The position numbers were made by a program, and so were the translations under genes. 64,000 nt of DNA from a virus. The notes below the pieces were generated by a model. The model saw nothing but the letters and a program-made list of their open reading frames with translations, was not told the origin of the DNA and did not search any database. Shown piece by piece: positions 46,523 to 55,715 of this stretch (the stretch's first letter is position 1; every line of letters begins with the position of its first letter). The stretch is from positions 64,001 through 128,000 of the IMG/VR virus record IMGVR_UViG_3300009149_000011; one strand, 5' to 3'.

Positions 46523-49063
46523 CTACGAGCCGCATGCTTCGCAATCTTCCCCATTTTGCATTGCCTCGATGGAACAACTTATTGCCTCCTCTTCAGTATA
46601 AACCTTAGCTTCAACCTTCTTAGTGTCAACTGTGAATTTAACCGCATCAGCTGCAGCTTTCGTCCTTAAGTAATACATTCCAGTCTTCAAAGCACTCTCT
46701 GGAGTCTTGCCATACTTGGCTTTGTTTTCCAAAAGACTTTTTTGTTTTACAATATCTCCAGATAACTCACCTTCTATTTTAGAAATTTCTTCTAAGAACA
46801 GATCTAATTCTTCCTGAGCTCCTTCTGATACTGTTACTCCCCCTCCCCATCCAAAGAAATGCATGGCAGTTAAACTACCAAAATTTGGTTGAGCCATGTG
46901 AATATTCATTGACTGAGTTTGATCTATATAAGCTCCTCTTCCAGCGTACATGTTGATGATGTCCTTTTGAGAAATCTCCCAAGTAGTTCTATACTTGTGT
47001 TTTAGATTTTCAGGGATTTCATCGATAGCTTGAACGCTACCATTATTAGACATTATCTGACTTTTAATCCCATTACTCCATATGCCAAGATCACACAACT
47101 CTCTAACCAAGTGTTTGTTAACAATGATGAACTCACCGCTTAAAACTCGTCTTAAATACATATTGCTTTGCTGAGCTTCAGCTGCAGCTTCATTTCCAAA
47201 TATACTAGCTGTAGAAGCGGTAGGCATTGAACATGTTGTTAAAGAGTTTCTTAGACCGTATTTTATTATGTCCGCTCTTAACCCTTCCCAATCATACCTA
47301 TCAGATGGAGTTACTCCCCACATGTCAAATTGTAATATGCCTTCAGATGCTGGAGATCCTTTGAATGTGCTGTATGACCCTTCTTTCTTAGCAAGATCAT
47401 TAGACGCTTTTAAAGAAGCGTAATATATTGTTTCGTATATTTTCTTATTCAAATCTGCAGACTTAGCGTCACCATATGACATATCCATTAAAAAGAATAC
47501 ATCAGCTAAACCTTGAGTTCCTAAACCGATTGGTCTATGCTTAAAGTTTGAATTACTTGCAGTCTCTACAGGGTAGAAATTAATATCAATAACTTTATTC
47601 AAGTTTATTGTCGCTCTATAAGATACTTGCTCTAATTTTTCGAAGTCAAACTTCTTATTTTTTCTACCTTTAACAAAATTAGGAAGACAAATACTAGCAA
47701 GATTACAAACGGCAGTTTCTTCTGGAGATGTAAATTCAATTATCTCAGCACATAAATTTGAACACTTGATTGTACCTAGATTCTTTTGGTTTGACTTAAC
47801 GTTACACGCATCTTTATAAAGCATATAAGGGCCGCCAGTCTCCATTTGAGACTCTAACATTTTAGTCCAAAGCTCTCTAGCTTTAATCTTTCTAATGTAC
47901 TTACCTTCAGCTTCATATTTTTCATACAACTCAACAAACTTTTCAGAATAAACCTCATCTAAACCAGGGCATTCTTTAGGGTCCATTAAAGCCCAGTCTT
48001 GATCGTTCTCCACTCTTTGCATGAACAAGTCAGGTAACCACATTGCATAGAACAAATCTCTTGCTCTCATTTCTTCTTTACCATGATTTTTCTTCATTTC
48101 CAATAAATCGAAAATATCTCCATGCCATGGCTCTATATAAATAGCAATTGACCCTTTTCTCTTGCCTCCACCTTGATCTACATATCTAGCAGTCTCATTG
48201 AACACCTTAAGCATAGGTACAATTCCATTCGAAGTCCCGTTAGTCCCTTTTATGTAAGACCCTTTAGTTCTTATATTGTGTATACTTAAGCCTATACCTC
48301 CAGCCGATTGAGAAATGTCTGCGCATTCAGATAAGGTATCGTAAATACCTTTTATTGAATCATCCTTTGCTTGAAGTAAAAAACAGCTAGACATCTGAGG
48401 CTTATTGGTTCCAGCGTTGAATAATGTTGGGGTAGCATGTGTGAAATACTTTTCAGTCATCATGTCGTAAGTCTCCAGAGCGCTCTCTATGTCGTTTCCA
48501 TGAATGCCTATAGCAACTCTCATGAATACATATTGAGGGGTCTCAGTAATTTCTAGAGCTTTCTTCTTCTCATTATATGTTTTAAGTAAATAGCTCTTCT
48601 CAAGAGTCTTGTACCCGAATATATCAAAAGTAAAATCTCTTGACTTTATGATTGCAGAATTTAATTCGTCCGAGTTTTCTACTACTGTTTTATAATATTC
48701 TTCAGATACTAGTGGAGCTCTTTCTCCAGTTTCTGGATCAATGTTGTTGTAAAGTTTGTCAGTTGCTTTTGAGAAACTTCTTTCAGTTGTCTTGTGTAAA
48801 GATGATATCGCTAACCTTCCAGCTAACACCGCGTAATCAGGGTGTTGTGCAGTAAGAGCAGCCGCAGTCTCTACAGCTAAATTATCTAATGCTTCAGTAG
48901 TTACTCCATCGTAAATACCTTCAATAACTTTCTTGGCAATATCAAAAGGCTTTATCCAACTTGGATCCAACTTATAAGATTGCTTTTCTATTCTAGAAAG
49001 AACCTTTTCCAATTTCACAGGCTCTTTCTTTCCAGTCCTTTTAGTTACATAAACTTCGTTCAT
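46523..49063 (-). CDS. nrdA: ribonucleotide reductase class Ia alpha subunit
   Basis: ATP cone, HATPTLFNAG, SSCFL, SNLCAEI, CNLAS, LKTGMYY, C-terminal CEACGS. Confidence 0.96.
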   Translation of the reverse strand: MNEVYVTKRTGKKEPVKLEKVLSRIEKQSYKLDPSWIKPFDIAKKVIEGIYDGVTTEALDNLAVETAAALTAQHPDYAVLAGRLAISSLHKTTERSFSKATDKLYNNIDPETGERAPLVSEEYYKTVVENSDELNSAIIKSRDFTFDIFGYKTLEKSYLLKTYNEKKKALEITETPQYVFMRVAIGIHGNDIESALETYDMMTEKYFTHATPTLFNAGTNKPQMSSCFLLQAKDDSIKGIYDTLSECADISQSAGGIGLSIHNIRTKGSYIKGTNGTSNGIVPMLKVFNETARYVDQGGGKRKGSIAIYIEPWHGDIFDLLEMKKNHGKEEMRARDLFYAMWLPDLFMQRVENDQDWALMDPKECPGLDEVYSEKFVELYEKYEAEGKYIRKIKARELWTKMLESQMETGGPYMLYKDACNVKSNQKNLGTIKCSNLCAEIIEFTSPEETAVCNLASICLPNFVKGRKNKKFDFEKLEQVSYRATINLNKVIDINFYPVETASNSNFKHRPIGLGTQGLADVFFLMDMSYGDAKSADLNKKIYETIYYASLKASNDLAKKEGSYSTFKGSPASEGILQFDMWGVTPSDRYDWEGLRADIIKYGLRNSLTTCSMPTASTASIFGNEAAAEAQQSNMYLRRVLSGEFIIVNKHLVRELCDLGIWSNGIKSQIMSNNGSVQAIDEIPENLKHKYRTTWEISQKDIINMYAGRGAYIDQTQSMNIHMAQPNFGSLTAMHFFGWGGGVTVSEGAQEELDLFLEEISKIEGELSGDIVKQKSLLENKAKYGKTPESALKTGMYYLRTKAAADAVKFTVDTKKVEAKVYTEEEAISCSIEAMQNGEDCEACGS

Positions 49064-49091
49064 TTGTTGTTTTTTTTGTTAATTAAATATT

Positions 49092-49679
49092 TTATAAAAT
49101 GCATGAAAGTAATAAGTCCTTATTGCAAGATTTCATGTGGTAATCTCTTACAACATGATCAACGTCATATTTCCAAGTATGTAGAGATTGTCTCAATATA
49201 TAATACTGAACTCTCTCTACTGTTTTATCACCTACCATCCCAAGCTCTTTCGAGATCTTCTTGAAGGTTTTTAAATCATAATTGAAATCTCTATCTCCAA
49301 CTATACAGTTGTCTAGAGACGTCTTGTTCTCTTTGATGAATTCATACACTTCATCACTAATTTTATTGTTGTCATGCAACAATTTCATACTAGAGGAAAA
49401 TTTACTCCTAGTATCTTTGTGTAAATTTGACACTGCAACTCTCGCTGCAAGCGCTTCTATTTGCTTATTCTCGTCAATATTTTCTTCTAAAACCTGAAGC
49501 AATATATCATCGATTTTTCTTGTGGTAATATTTTCATAACATTTGCCCAAAACTTTTCCTGATATCATCTGAATGATCTCATCCTCTATATCAAGTCCTG
49601 GTGTCATTTTCTCAATTCTTTTAGAGATTTTCCCTAAATTTATACTCTCTTTTTTACCACTCTTTTTTACCACAAACAT
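49092..49679 (-). CDS. stand-alone ATP-cone protein, paralog of the NrdA N-terminus
   Basis: MFVVKKSGKKE..KISKRI, LAARVAVSNLHKDT, RDF.YD..F. Confidence 0.75.
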   Translation of the reverse strand: MFVVKKSGKKESINLGKISKRIEKMTPGLDIEDEIIQMISGKVLGKCYENITTRKIDDILLQVLEENIDENKQIEALAARVAVSNLHKDTRSKFSSSMKLLHDNNKISDEVYEFIKENKTSLDNCIVGDRDFNYDLKTFKKISKELGMVGDKTVERVQYYILRQSLHTWKYDVDHVVRDYHMKSCNKDLLLSCIL

Positions 49680-49900
49680 GCTAGAAAACCTTTAAATTTA
49701 CCTATTTACCACTTTTTTGAGACAAAGATTCCCTAGAGCAATTTTTGATCGCCCTTAAATTCGTTTAAAATTTAATCAGGGAGTGTTTACAGCGAAGTTA
49801 TATTTTTCTTCTGTTTTTGACAAATATATTTCTATTTTTTTTGCCTTTTAATCGCTGCTTTGTATAATAATAAATAACAATAAATTTACAATATTCGGAC

Positions 49901-51331
49901 TTAACTAATCCTGTTTTTATTAGCATAAGCTTCCATTTCTTTCATCACGTCAACATTGCCTGGATTTTGATCTGAAATCGTTGGTGTAACTCCTGGGATT
50001 GGTGGAAAATTTTGTGTATTTTTTTTCGGGAAACTAATGTAAACTCGACTTGTGTCGAATTCAACATCCTCCAAAAAGAAACCATCTGCTCCAAGTCTAC
50101 TTTTTATAACACCTACTATAGCCTCATTTTTGCTCTTCTGTTCTTCCGTTCTAGCAACGGAAATAAGAAGGTCTAACTCCGCAGCTTTAGCATATGAATC
50201 AGCAATAGAGTCGATGCCTATTTTCTCTTCTTTAGCCCCGCCTCTATTTGTTTGAGTAGCTGTCCAAACAGGTACTTCAAACTCTTCAGCTAAACCCCTT
50301 ACTTGTCGATACAACTTCTGCAGCATATGTCTATGTTCTAAACCATGCTCTGTTGGTTCCATTATATCTACATAATCAATGAAAATAACATCTGGAACAA
50401 AGTTCTCATTTCTTTTAATGGTTGCCAAGTGAGCTTTAAGAGTGTTTACTGTTGCTACTCCAGATTTATATTTTTTAATCTTAAGAACTCCGCCTCTCTC
50501 TTTTATTTCTTTAGCAGTCTGTATAATCTTAGGTTTCTGATATAATACCTCATTAAGCAATACGTTATTTAATGCGGCATGAAATCTCTTACTTACATCC
50601 TTGTGACTTAATTCTAGAGTATAATATAAAACTTTTCTACCTGCAGCGAAAGCGTTTGCAGCCATAGCGACAAGCATCATTGACTTACCTCCGCCAGTGG
50701 GAGCCATGACAACAGCCATCTCTCCAGAGGAAACTCCGCCACCTATCTTTTCATCAAGGCCAGGCATGCACGCAACTGGCTTACGGAAATCCTCTTTTAA
50801 CGTTTCCTCAATATCATCAATATAATCATGCCCTGTGTCTTTTGGTTCACCAGCTCTTAATGCCTCCACTATAGGTTCTTGAATGCTGTCAAAATCATTT
50901 TTAGCCCATGAAGCGACAGATTTCTTAATCGCTAAAGCTAATGATCTCTTCTTAAAAAATTCATAAGCTGTATCATGTATCGCTTCTACTGATTTTACCT
51001 CTATTTTCTGCACCTTCTCAGTTACCCCGTGAAGATATTCAGCAACACTAAATTTCTCGGTTTTATTTATTATACTTTGAATATCGCTATAACCTGGCCT
51101 AACTCCGTATTGATTTATAAACTTAATGATATGGTTTACATATATCCTTTGGTATTCATCAAAATATTCAGGGACTATAATATCCATAAGTTGCTCATAG
51201 AACTTATTGTCCTCCAAGAAACATTTTATGAACTTTGTCTGGTACTCTGGGTCAAAAACGGCTTTTATTCTCGTTTCATCTTCCGTCAGCACCGAATTAA
51301 GATCTAATTCTTCATTTTTTTCTTCTCCCAT
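49901..51331 (-). CDS. replicative DnaB-like (SF4) helicase
   Basis: APTGGGKS, YYTLEL, FIDYVD, WTATQTNR, KSRLG. Confidence 0.9.
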   Translation of the reverse strand: MGEEKNEELDLNSVLTEDETRIKAVFDPEYQTKFIKCFLEDNKFYEQLMDIIVPEYFDEYQRIYVNHIIKFINQYGVRPGYSDIQSIINKTEKFSVAEYLHGVTEKVQKIEVKSVEAIHDTAYEFFKKRSLALAIKKSVASWAKNDFDSIQEPIVEALRAGEPKDTGHDYIDDIEETLKEDFRKPVACMPGLDEKIGGGVSSGEMAVVMAPTGGGKSMMLVAMAANAFAAGRKVLYYTLELSHKDVSKRFHAALNNVLLNEVLYQKPKIIQTAKEIKERGGVLKIKKYKSGVATVNTLKAHLATIKRNENFVPDVIFIDYVDIMEPTEHGLEHRHMLQKLYRQVRGLAEEFEVPVWTATQTNRGGAKEEKIGIDSIADSYAKAAELDLLISVARTEEQKSKNEAIVGVIKSRLGADGFFLEDVEFDTSRVYISFPKKNTQNFPPIPGVTPTISDQNPGNVDVMKEMEAYANKNRIS

Positions 51332-51372
51332 TTTATTTATTCTTTACAAATGTATCGTTTTTTAATTAAACG

Positions 51373-52416
51373 TTACTTATTTGATTCTTTTGTATACTCC
51401 GCTTCTTGAGACTTTAGCCTGTAGAAAGGGGAAAGAAAATTATCCACGTTAATCCTCTCAGCTTCCATCATATTTAGGAATCCTTGTTTTTTCATGCCCA
51501 AAACAGCGCGACTAATACTTCTATCATCATCTATTGGCTCATTTAACATTTGAGTAACATCATTTATTGCTATTTTAGAAATAAATGGCTTTTTCAAATT
51601 CATAAGTTTAGCATTTCTATACAAAACCTCTTCAGCCTCAATTATCTTGTCTAAAGTTTTAGACTTTTTGTATTTCTTCTCCTTTTTTAGCTCAAGGCAC
51701 TCATGCTTTATTTCTTTATAAGTGTATTTTCTGTCAATTATATCTGGAAAGAATTTTATTAGAGTATTTCTAGTAACCCCTTTCACTCCAGCAATATTAT
51801 CTGATGTATCACCCTCGAAACACTTAAACATTAACTCATTTTCTAGAGTATGACCCATTTTTTGCTTAAAGTTATCTTTAGTAATCAATCCAATACTGTC
51901 AGGATTCATAACGGATACTAATTCAGAAATAAGTTGATAATAGTCTTTGTCTCTGCTAAAAATTATGATCTCTTCCTCTAGACCCAACTCTTCACTCATT
52001 ATACAGTACTGAGCTATTAAATCATCTCCCTCAATATAATCAGCTTCAATCTGTCTTATGTACAAGTCTTCTATTATGTTCTTAGCTCTAATTTTTTGCA
52101 TTAAAACCTCGTACCGCTCTTTGCTTTCAGGGTCATTCATCCCCTCTTCTATAATTGCGCACTCTTCAATGTCCCAATCCTTCTTACGATTTGCTTTATA
52201 AGGTTTATATAGTTCGTATCTCAGCTTTCCAGACTTTATTCCATCCCAGCAACATACGACCCTGTTAGGCAGTACTTTGCGAACAGCAGTAGAAAGGCTT
52301 ATTAAAAATCCATACGTCCCACTACACCTCTCTCCATACGCGTCTAGCGCTGTTGACCTGTGGTGATTACGCTTAAGGTTCCAATTACCATCTATTAGGA
52401 AAGTTTTTCTTGGCAT
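51373..52416 (-). CDS. 5'-3' exonuclease / flap endonuclease
   Basis: LIDGN, WDG, R..LY..YKANR, EGDDLI, SRDKDY.QL, GDTSDNI.GVKG; start MPRKTF. Confidence 0.9.
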   Translation of the reverse strand: MPRKTFLIDGNWNLKRNHHRSTALDAYGERCSGTYGFLISLSTAVRKVLPNRVVCCWDGIKSGKLRYELYKPYKANRKKDWDIEECAIIEEGMNDPESKERYEVLMQKIRAKNIIEDLYIRQIEADYIEGDDLIAQYCIMSEELGLEEEIIIFSRDKDYYQLISELVSVMNPDSIGLITKDNFKQKMGHTLENELMFKCFEGDTSDNIAGVKGVTRNTLIKFFPDIIDRKYTYKEIKHECLELKKEKKYKKSKTLDKIIEAEEVLYRNAKLMNLKKPFISKIAINDVTQMLNEPIDDDRSISRAVLGMKKQGFLNMMEAERINVDNFLSPFYRLKSQEAEYTKESNK

Positions 52417-52543
52417 AACTATTTTTCTTCTTAACAACAAATATATAGTATTGAGTTTAAAAAAGCACTTAAAAGGGGGAAAAAAAAACCTCCCATAAGG
52501 AGGTTTTTTATATTCACACAACAATAAAATGTATTACATCTTA

Positions 52544-53593
52544 TTAACTGTCTTCCGTATTAAATTCTATTACAGCTTCCAGGTCTCCTACTTCAACTTG
52601 CCATTCTTTCTTGTATTGATCCTTGTACTTGTTGATTTCAGTAGGTAATATGAAACCATGAGCAGCGCAAATAATTTTACCCTTAAGAGCTAATTCTGAA
52701 ATGTGATTCTTCTCTACTGCAAGATCACTCTCGATAGCAAATACAACCGTTTTCTTTTGATGTGTAGCTTTATGTTTTCTAGCTCCAGACTTAATACCTC
52801 CCATTCTTAAAACTAATGAAGAACAGTAATAAATTCCTTCTCCACCGTTTGGAACCAGCTTAGGTTGACCCATTGGGCTATCTGGAGGAGATGTATACCC
52901 CTGATTTAACATCAATAAAGTGTTTTTGTAAGGATAATCGGCTTTTCTAGTGTTTGTAATCTTGTGAGAAAGATATCTACCAACCTGTTCCTTTAGGACT
53001 CTAGACGCTAGCATCATTCCACCACCAGATTCACCTTTTTCTGCTTTTTCCCACTCAGCTCTTGCTGGCGTCCCACCAACAGAATCCCATAAGAATACAA
53101 GATCAAAATCTAATTCACCCTCTTCCTGCTCCTTAATATGAGCTTTCATAATATCAATACAATCCTCAAGGCATTCAACCTCATCATGCATGATTACAAA
53201 GTCTTCAGAAAACCCCATTGTCTCAGCTCTTTCCCAAGACCATTTCTTTTCAGTGATGATCAATACAGGTAATTTACCTTGAGCTTGAGCCGCAGCTGCA
53301 GCTTTAATTAAAATACTTGTCTTACCAACATCCGACTTACCATACACCATTGTAACATGACTTTCAGGAATCCCAGGTAAACCCGTAATCTCTTGGAAAG
53401 CATCACCTAAACTTAACCAAGTTTGAGGCTTGGTATCATTCTTAACATAGTTAATCTTCTTTTTGTAATCATCAAGTTTGCTAACTCTTTTAGACACTTT
53501 AACTTCGTCCTTTTTTCCAATAACTTCTCCAGTAGCAGTGTCTACTTTGTAGTCACCCACTTCTTTGACTGTTTCGTTTTTCTTTTTCGCCAT
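52544..53593 (-). CDS. RecA/UvsX-like recombinase
   Basis: GKSDVGKT, WDSVG, LNQ, GG.G..Y. Confidence 0.85.
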   Translation of the reverse strand: MAKKKNETVKEVGDYKVDTATGEVIGKKDEVKVSKRVSKLDDYKKKINYVKNDTKPQTWLSLGDAFQEITGLPGIPESHVTMVYGKSDVGKTSILIKAAAAAQAQGKLPVLIITEKKWSWERAETMGFSEDFVIMHDEVECLEDCIDIMKAHIKEQEEGELDFDLVFLWDSVGGTPARAEWEKAEKGESGGGMMLASRVLKEQVGRYLSHKITNTRKADYPYKNTLLMLNQGYTSPPDSPMGQPKLVPNGGEGIYYCSSLVLRMGGIKSGARKHKATHQKKTVVFAIESDLAVEKNHISELALKGKIICAAHGFILPTEINKYKDQYKKEWQVEVGDLEAVIEFNTEDS

Positions 53594-53615
53594 TTCCTTC
53601 TTTTTAAACGTTTAA

Positions 53616-53954
53616 TTAATTTTTAGACTCGTACACTTTCCAATCGAGCTCTTTCTTTCCAGGTTCTGTTGCAGAATCTCTTAATCGAGGATAGAAGATA
53701 TCCTTAGCTTTCTTTTGTTGGCCAAAATTTAATGTAGCCTTACAACCACCGCATCTAACATAAACGTATTCAAACTGCTCTTCTCCCGCAATGTGAGAAT
53801 CAAGTTTTAGGTTGTCGCTCCCACAACATCCACATTTATAGATTGAATCGAATGATATTTTTTTGGAGTCCTGAACCATTTCGAAAAGGTTATCTCCTTC
53901 GGAAACAAACGTATGAGTTTCTTTTCCGATCTTTCTCTTAAAATAATATTTCAT
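53616..53954 (-). CDS. hypothetical Zn-binding protein
   Basis: CGCCG...CGGC. Confidence 0.6.
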   Translation of the reverse strand: MKYYFKRKIGKETHTFVSEGDNLFEMVQDSKKISFDSIYKCGCCGSDNLKLDSHIAGEEQFEYVYVRCGGCKATLNFGQQKKAKDIFYPRLRDSATEPGKKELDWKVYESKN

Positions 53955-54035
53955 TTTTTGTAATAATTATAAGTTTGATTATCGTCGCATAAAAAATATA
54001 GTCATAGCGAACTCAAAAATCAAGCTTATATGGAA

Positions 54036-55694
54036 TTATTTATCTGAATAAATGAAGAATTTCTTCTCACCTAAATCAGCATAATTAACCCCAATCCTAT
54101 AGCCAAGAGCAAAGGATGCATTCCTTAGCTTTGAAAGGGTTTTTAGAATTTCCTCTATAAGTTTTTGTTCAGTAGGATGAACATCAAAAATTAAAGAGTC
54201 ATGTATTTGAAATAAAAATTTACTCTTTTTTGTTTTAAGCAATTCTCTAATTTCAAACAATTTATCCGTCATTATTTCAGCGGCTGTAGATTGAATCAGA
54301 TTATTAAATGCTGCGTAGTCTTTTTCTGGATATATAATAGAGCCTTTATGTGTTTTTATCTTTTGAGAAAGCTTTACTTCCTTTATTAGCTTTTCAGAAA
54401 ATTCAATAATAGGCTTTAACATCTGCTTCGCATAATACAACCCTAGCTCTGGATCAGCCATATGGCTAGATAGCATGTCTACCAACCTTTTATGAGAAGC
54501 TCCATATAACATAGTATGACTTAAGCCTTTAGCTGTGCTACGCTCGCCATTAGTTATAATTTCTTTCTGAAATATCTCTTTACCTAATTCGTAATGAATA
54601 TCTTTATTGTTAAAGTCTTCTATAAACTTCTTATCTCTACTAAGGTGCATAGAGATTCTAGTTTCAAAAGAAGTGTAATCACACACAAATATACGACCAC
54701 CTCTAAACCTACTAATAATACTAGCTCTTATAGGACTGTCTTTTGGAAGATTTTGTATATTGAATTTATCCTTAGATACAATACGGCCAGTGATAGTTCT
54801 CTTATTTGAATAATTGAACTTGGCAAACTTTCTATTATCTCTAGTTTGGAAGTCAATAGAATCATGCTCGAAAGTATTATGGAAACAAACATCCTGATTT
54901 GATATCCAAGTTGTTATACGATCCTTCTCCTGCATTCTTTTGAGAAACACCTTCTGCTCTTCGTTTAAGTCTAGATCAGCTATTAGGCTCAAAAAGAACG
55001 GTACGTACTTATGGTAATCCATTCCAGGGACTACATTAAAGTAAGTCTTCTCGTCAAGCTCTGCCCCATTCTTTATCCAGAACACATTTTCAACGGTAAC
55101 TAAATCCAATGCTTCAATATCAATAACTGGGTCTATATTGAGATAAGAAAAAGGTAATAAATCATACTTTCCCAGAATACGTGTCAACTCGCCCTTAAAG
55201 TCCTCCATGTAGTACTTTAAACTTTCAATATTAACAATGAAGTCTTTATCCATGTTTCGGAGATATAATGCTCCACCATGATAATAAATGTAAATAGGAT
55301 GTAATGGGGCTATATTCTTCTCTAGAAACCCTTCTAAATCTCCCTCTATGAACGCGTCATATTCGATATGATCAGATGGGAGCCATTCCATAACGGACTT
55401 AGTAACAAAGTCTTTAATATCATCAAAGAATTCGTTTTTGTTTTCCGTATGAGTGTGTGTCCAGCAAACTTTATTGTTTACTTCTTTATCAAGTATGTTA
55501 TGTTTCGGAAAATATTCTTTAAGATTTGGCCATCCAACTATTTGTATAGGAGTATCGTCCACTTCACACGGAATACTCGTGGGAAGTGTTGCTGAGATAT
55601 GTACAGGGAATTTCTTTAAATACTCCTTTAATACCTCGAAACTCTCTTTTTCTGGAGAATAAATCTCACAAACTCTAAAACTAGTTGTCGCCAT
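54036..55694 (-). CDS. family A DNA polymerase (polymerase domain, divergent N-terminus)
   Basis: TITGR, NIQNLP, motif A DYTSFETR, motif B RSTAKGLSHTMLYG, N..IQSTAA, motif C IHDS. Confidence 0.85.
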   Translation of the reverse strand: MATTSFRVCEIYSPEKESFEVLKEYLKKFPVHISATLPTSIPCEVDDTPIQIVGWPNLKEYFPKHNILDKEVNNKVCWTHTHTENKNEFFDDIKDFVTKSVMEWLPSDHIEYDAFIEGDLEGFLEKNIAPLHPIYIYYHGGALYLRNMDKDFIVNIESLKYYMEDFKGELTRILGKYDLLPFSYLNIDPVIDIEALDLVTVENVFWIKNGAELDEKTYFNVVPGMDYHKYVPFFLSLIADLDLNEEQKVFLKRMQEKDRITTWISNQDVCFHNTFEHDSIDFQTRDNRKFAKFNYSNKRTITGRIVSKDKFNIQNLPKDSPIRASIISRFRGGRIFVCDYTSFETRISMHLSRDKKFIEDFNNKDIHYELGKEIFQKEIITNGERSTAKGLSHTMLYGASHKRLVDMLSSHMADPELGLYYAKQMLKPIIEFSEKLIKEVKLSQKIKTHKGSIIYPEKDYAAFNNLIQSTAAEIMTDKLFEIRELLKTKKSKFLFQIHDSLIFDVHPTEQKLIEEILKTLSKLRNASFALGYRIGVNYADLGEKKFFIYSDK

Positions 55695-55715
55695 TGAATG
55701 GCAAATATAATAGTT

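Noticed and set aside
46690-46850. Intein in NrdA
   Set aside because: About 50 aa, with no C/S start or HN end.
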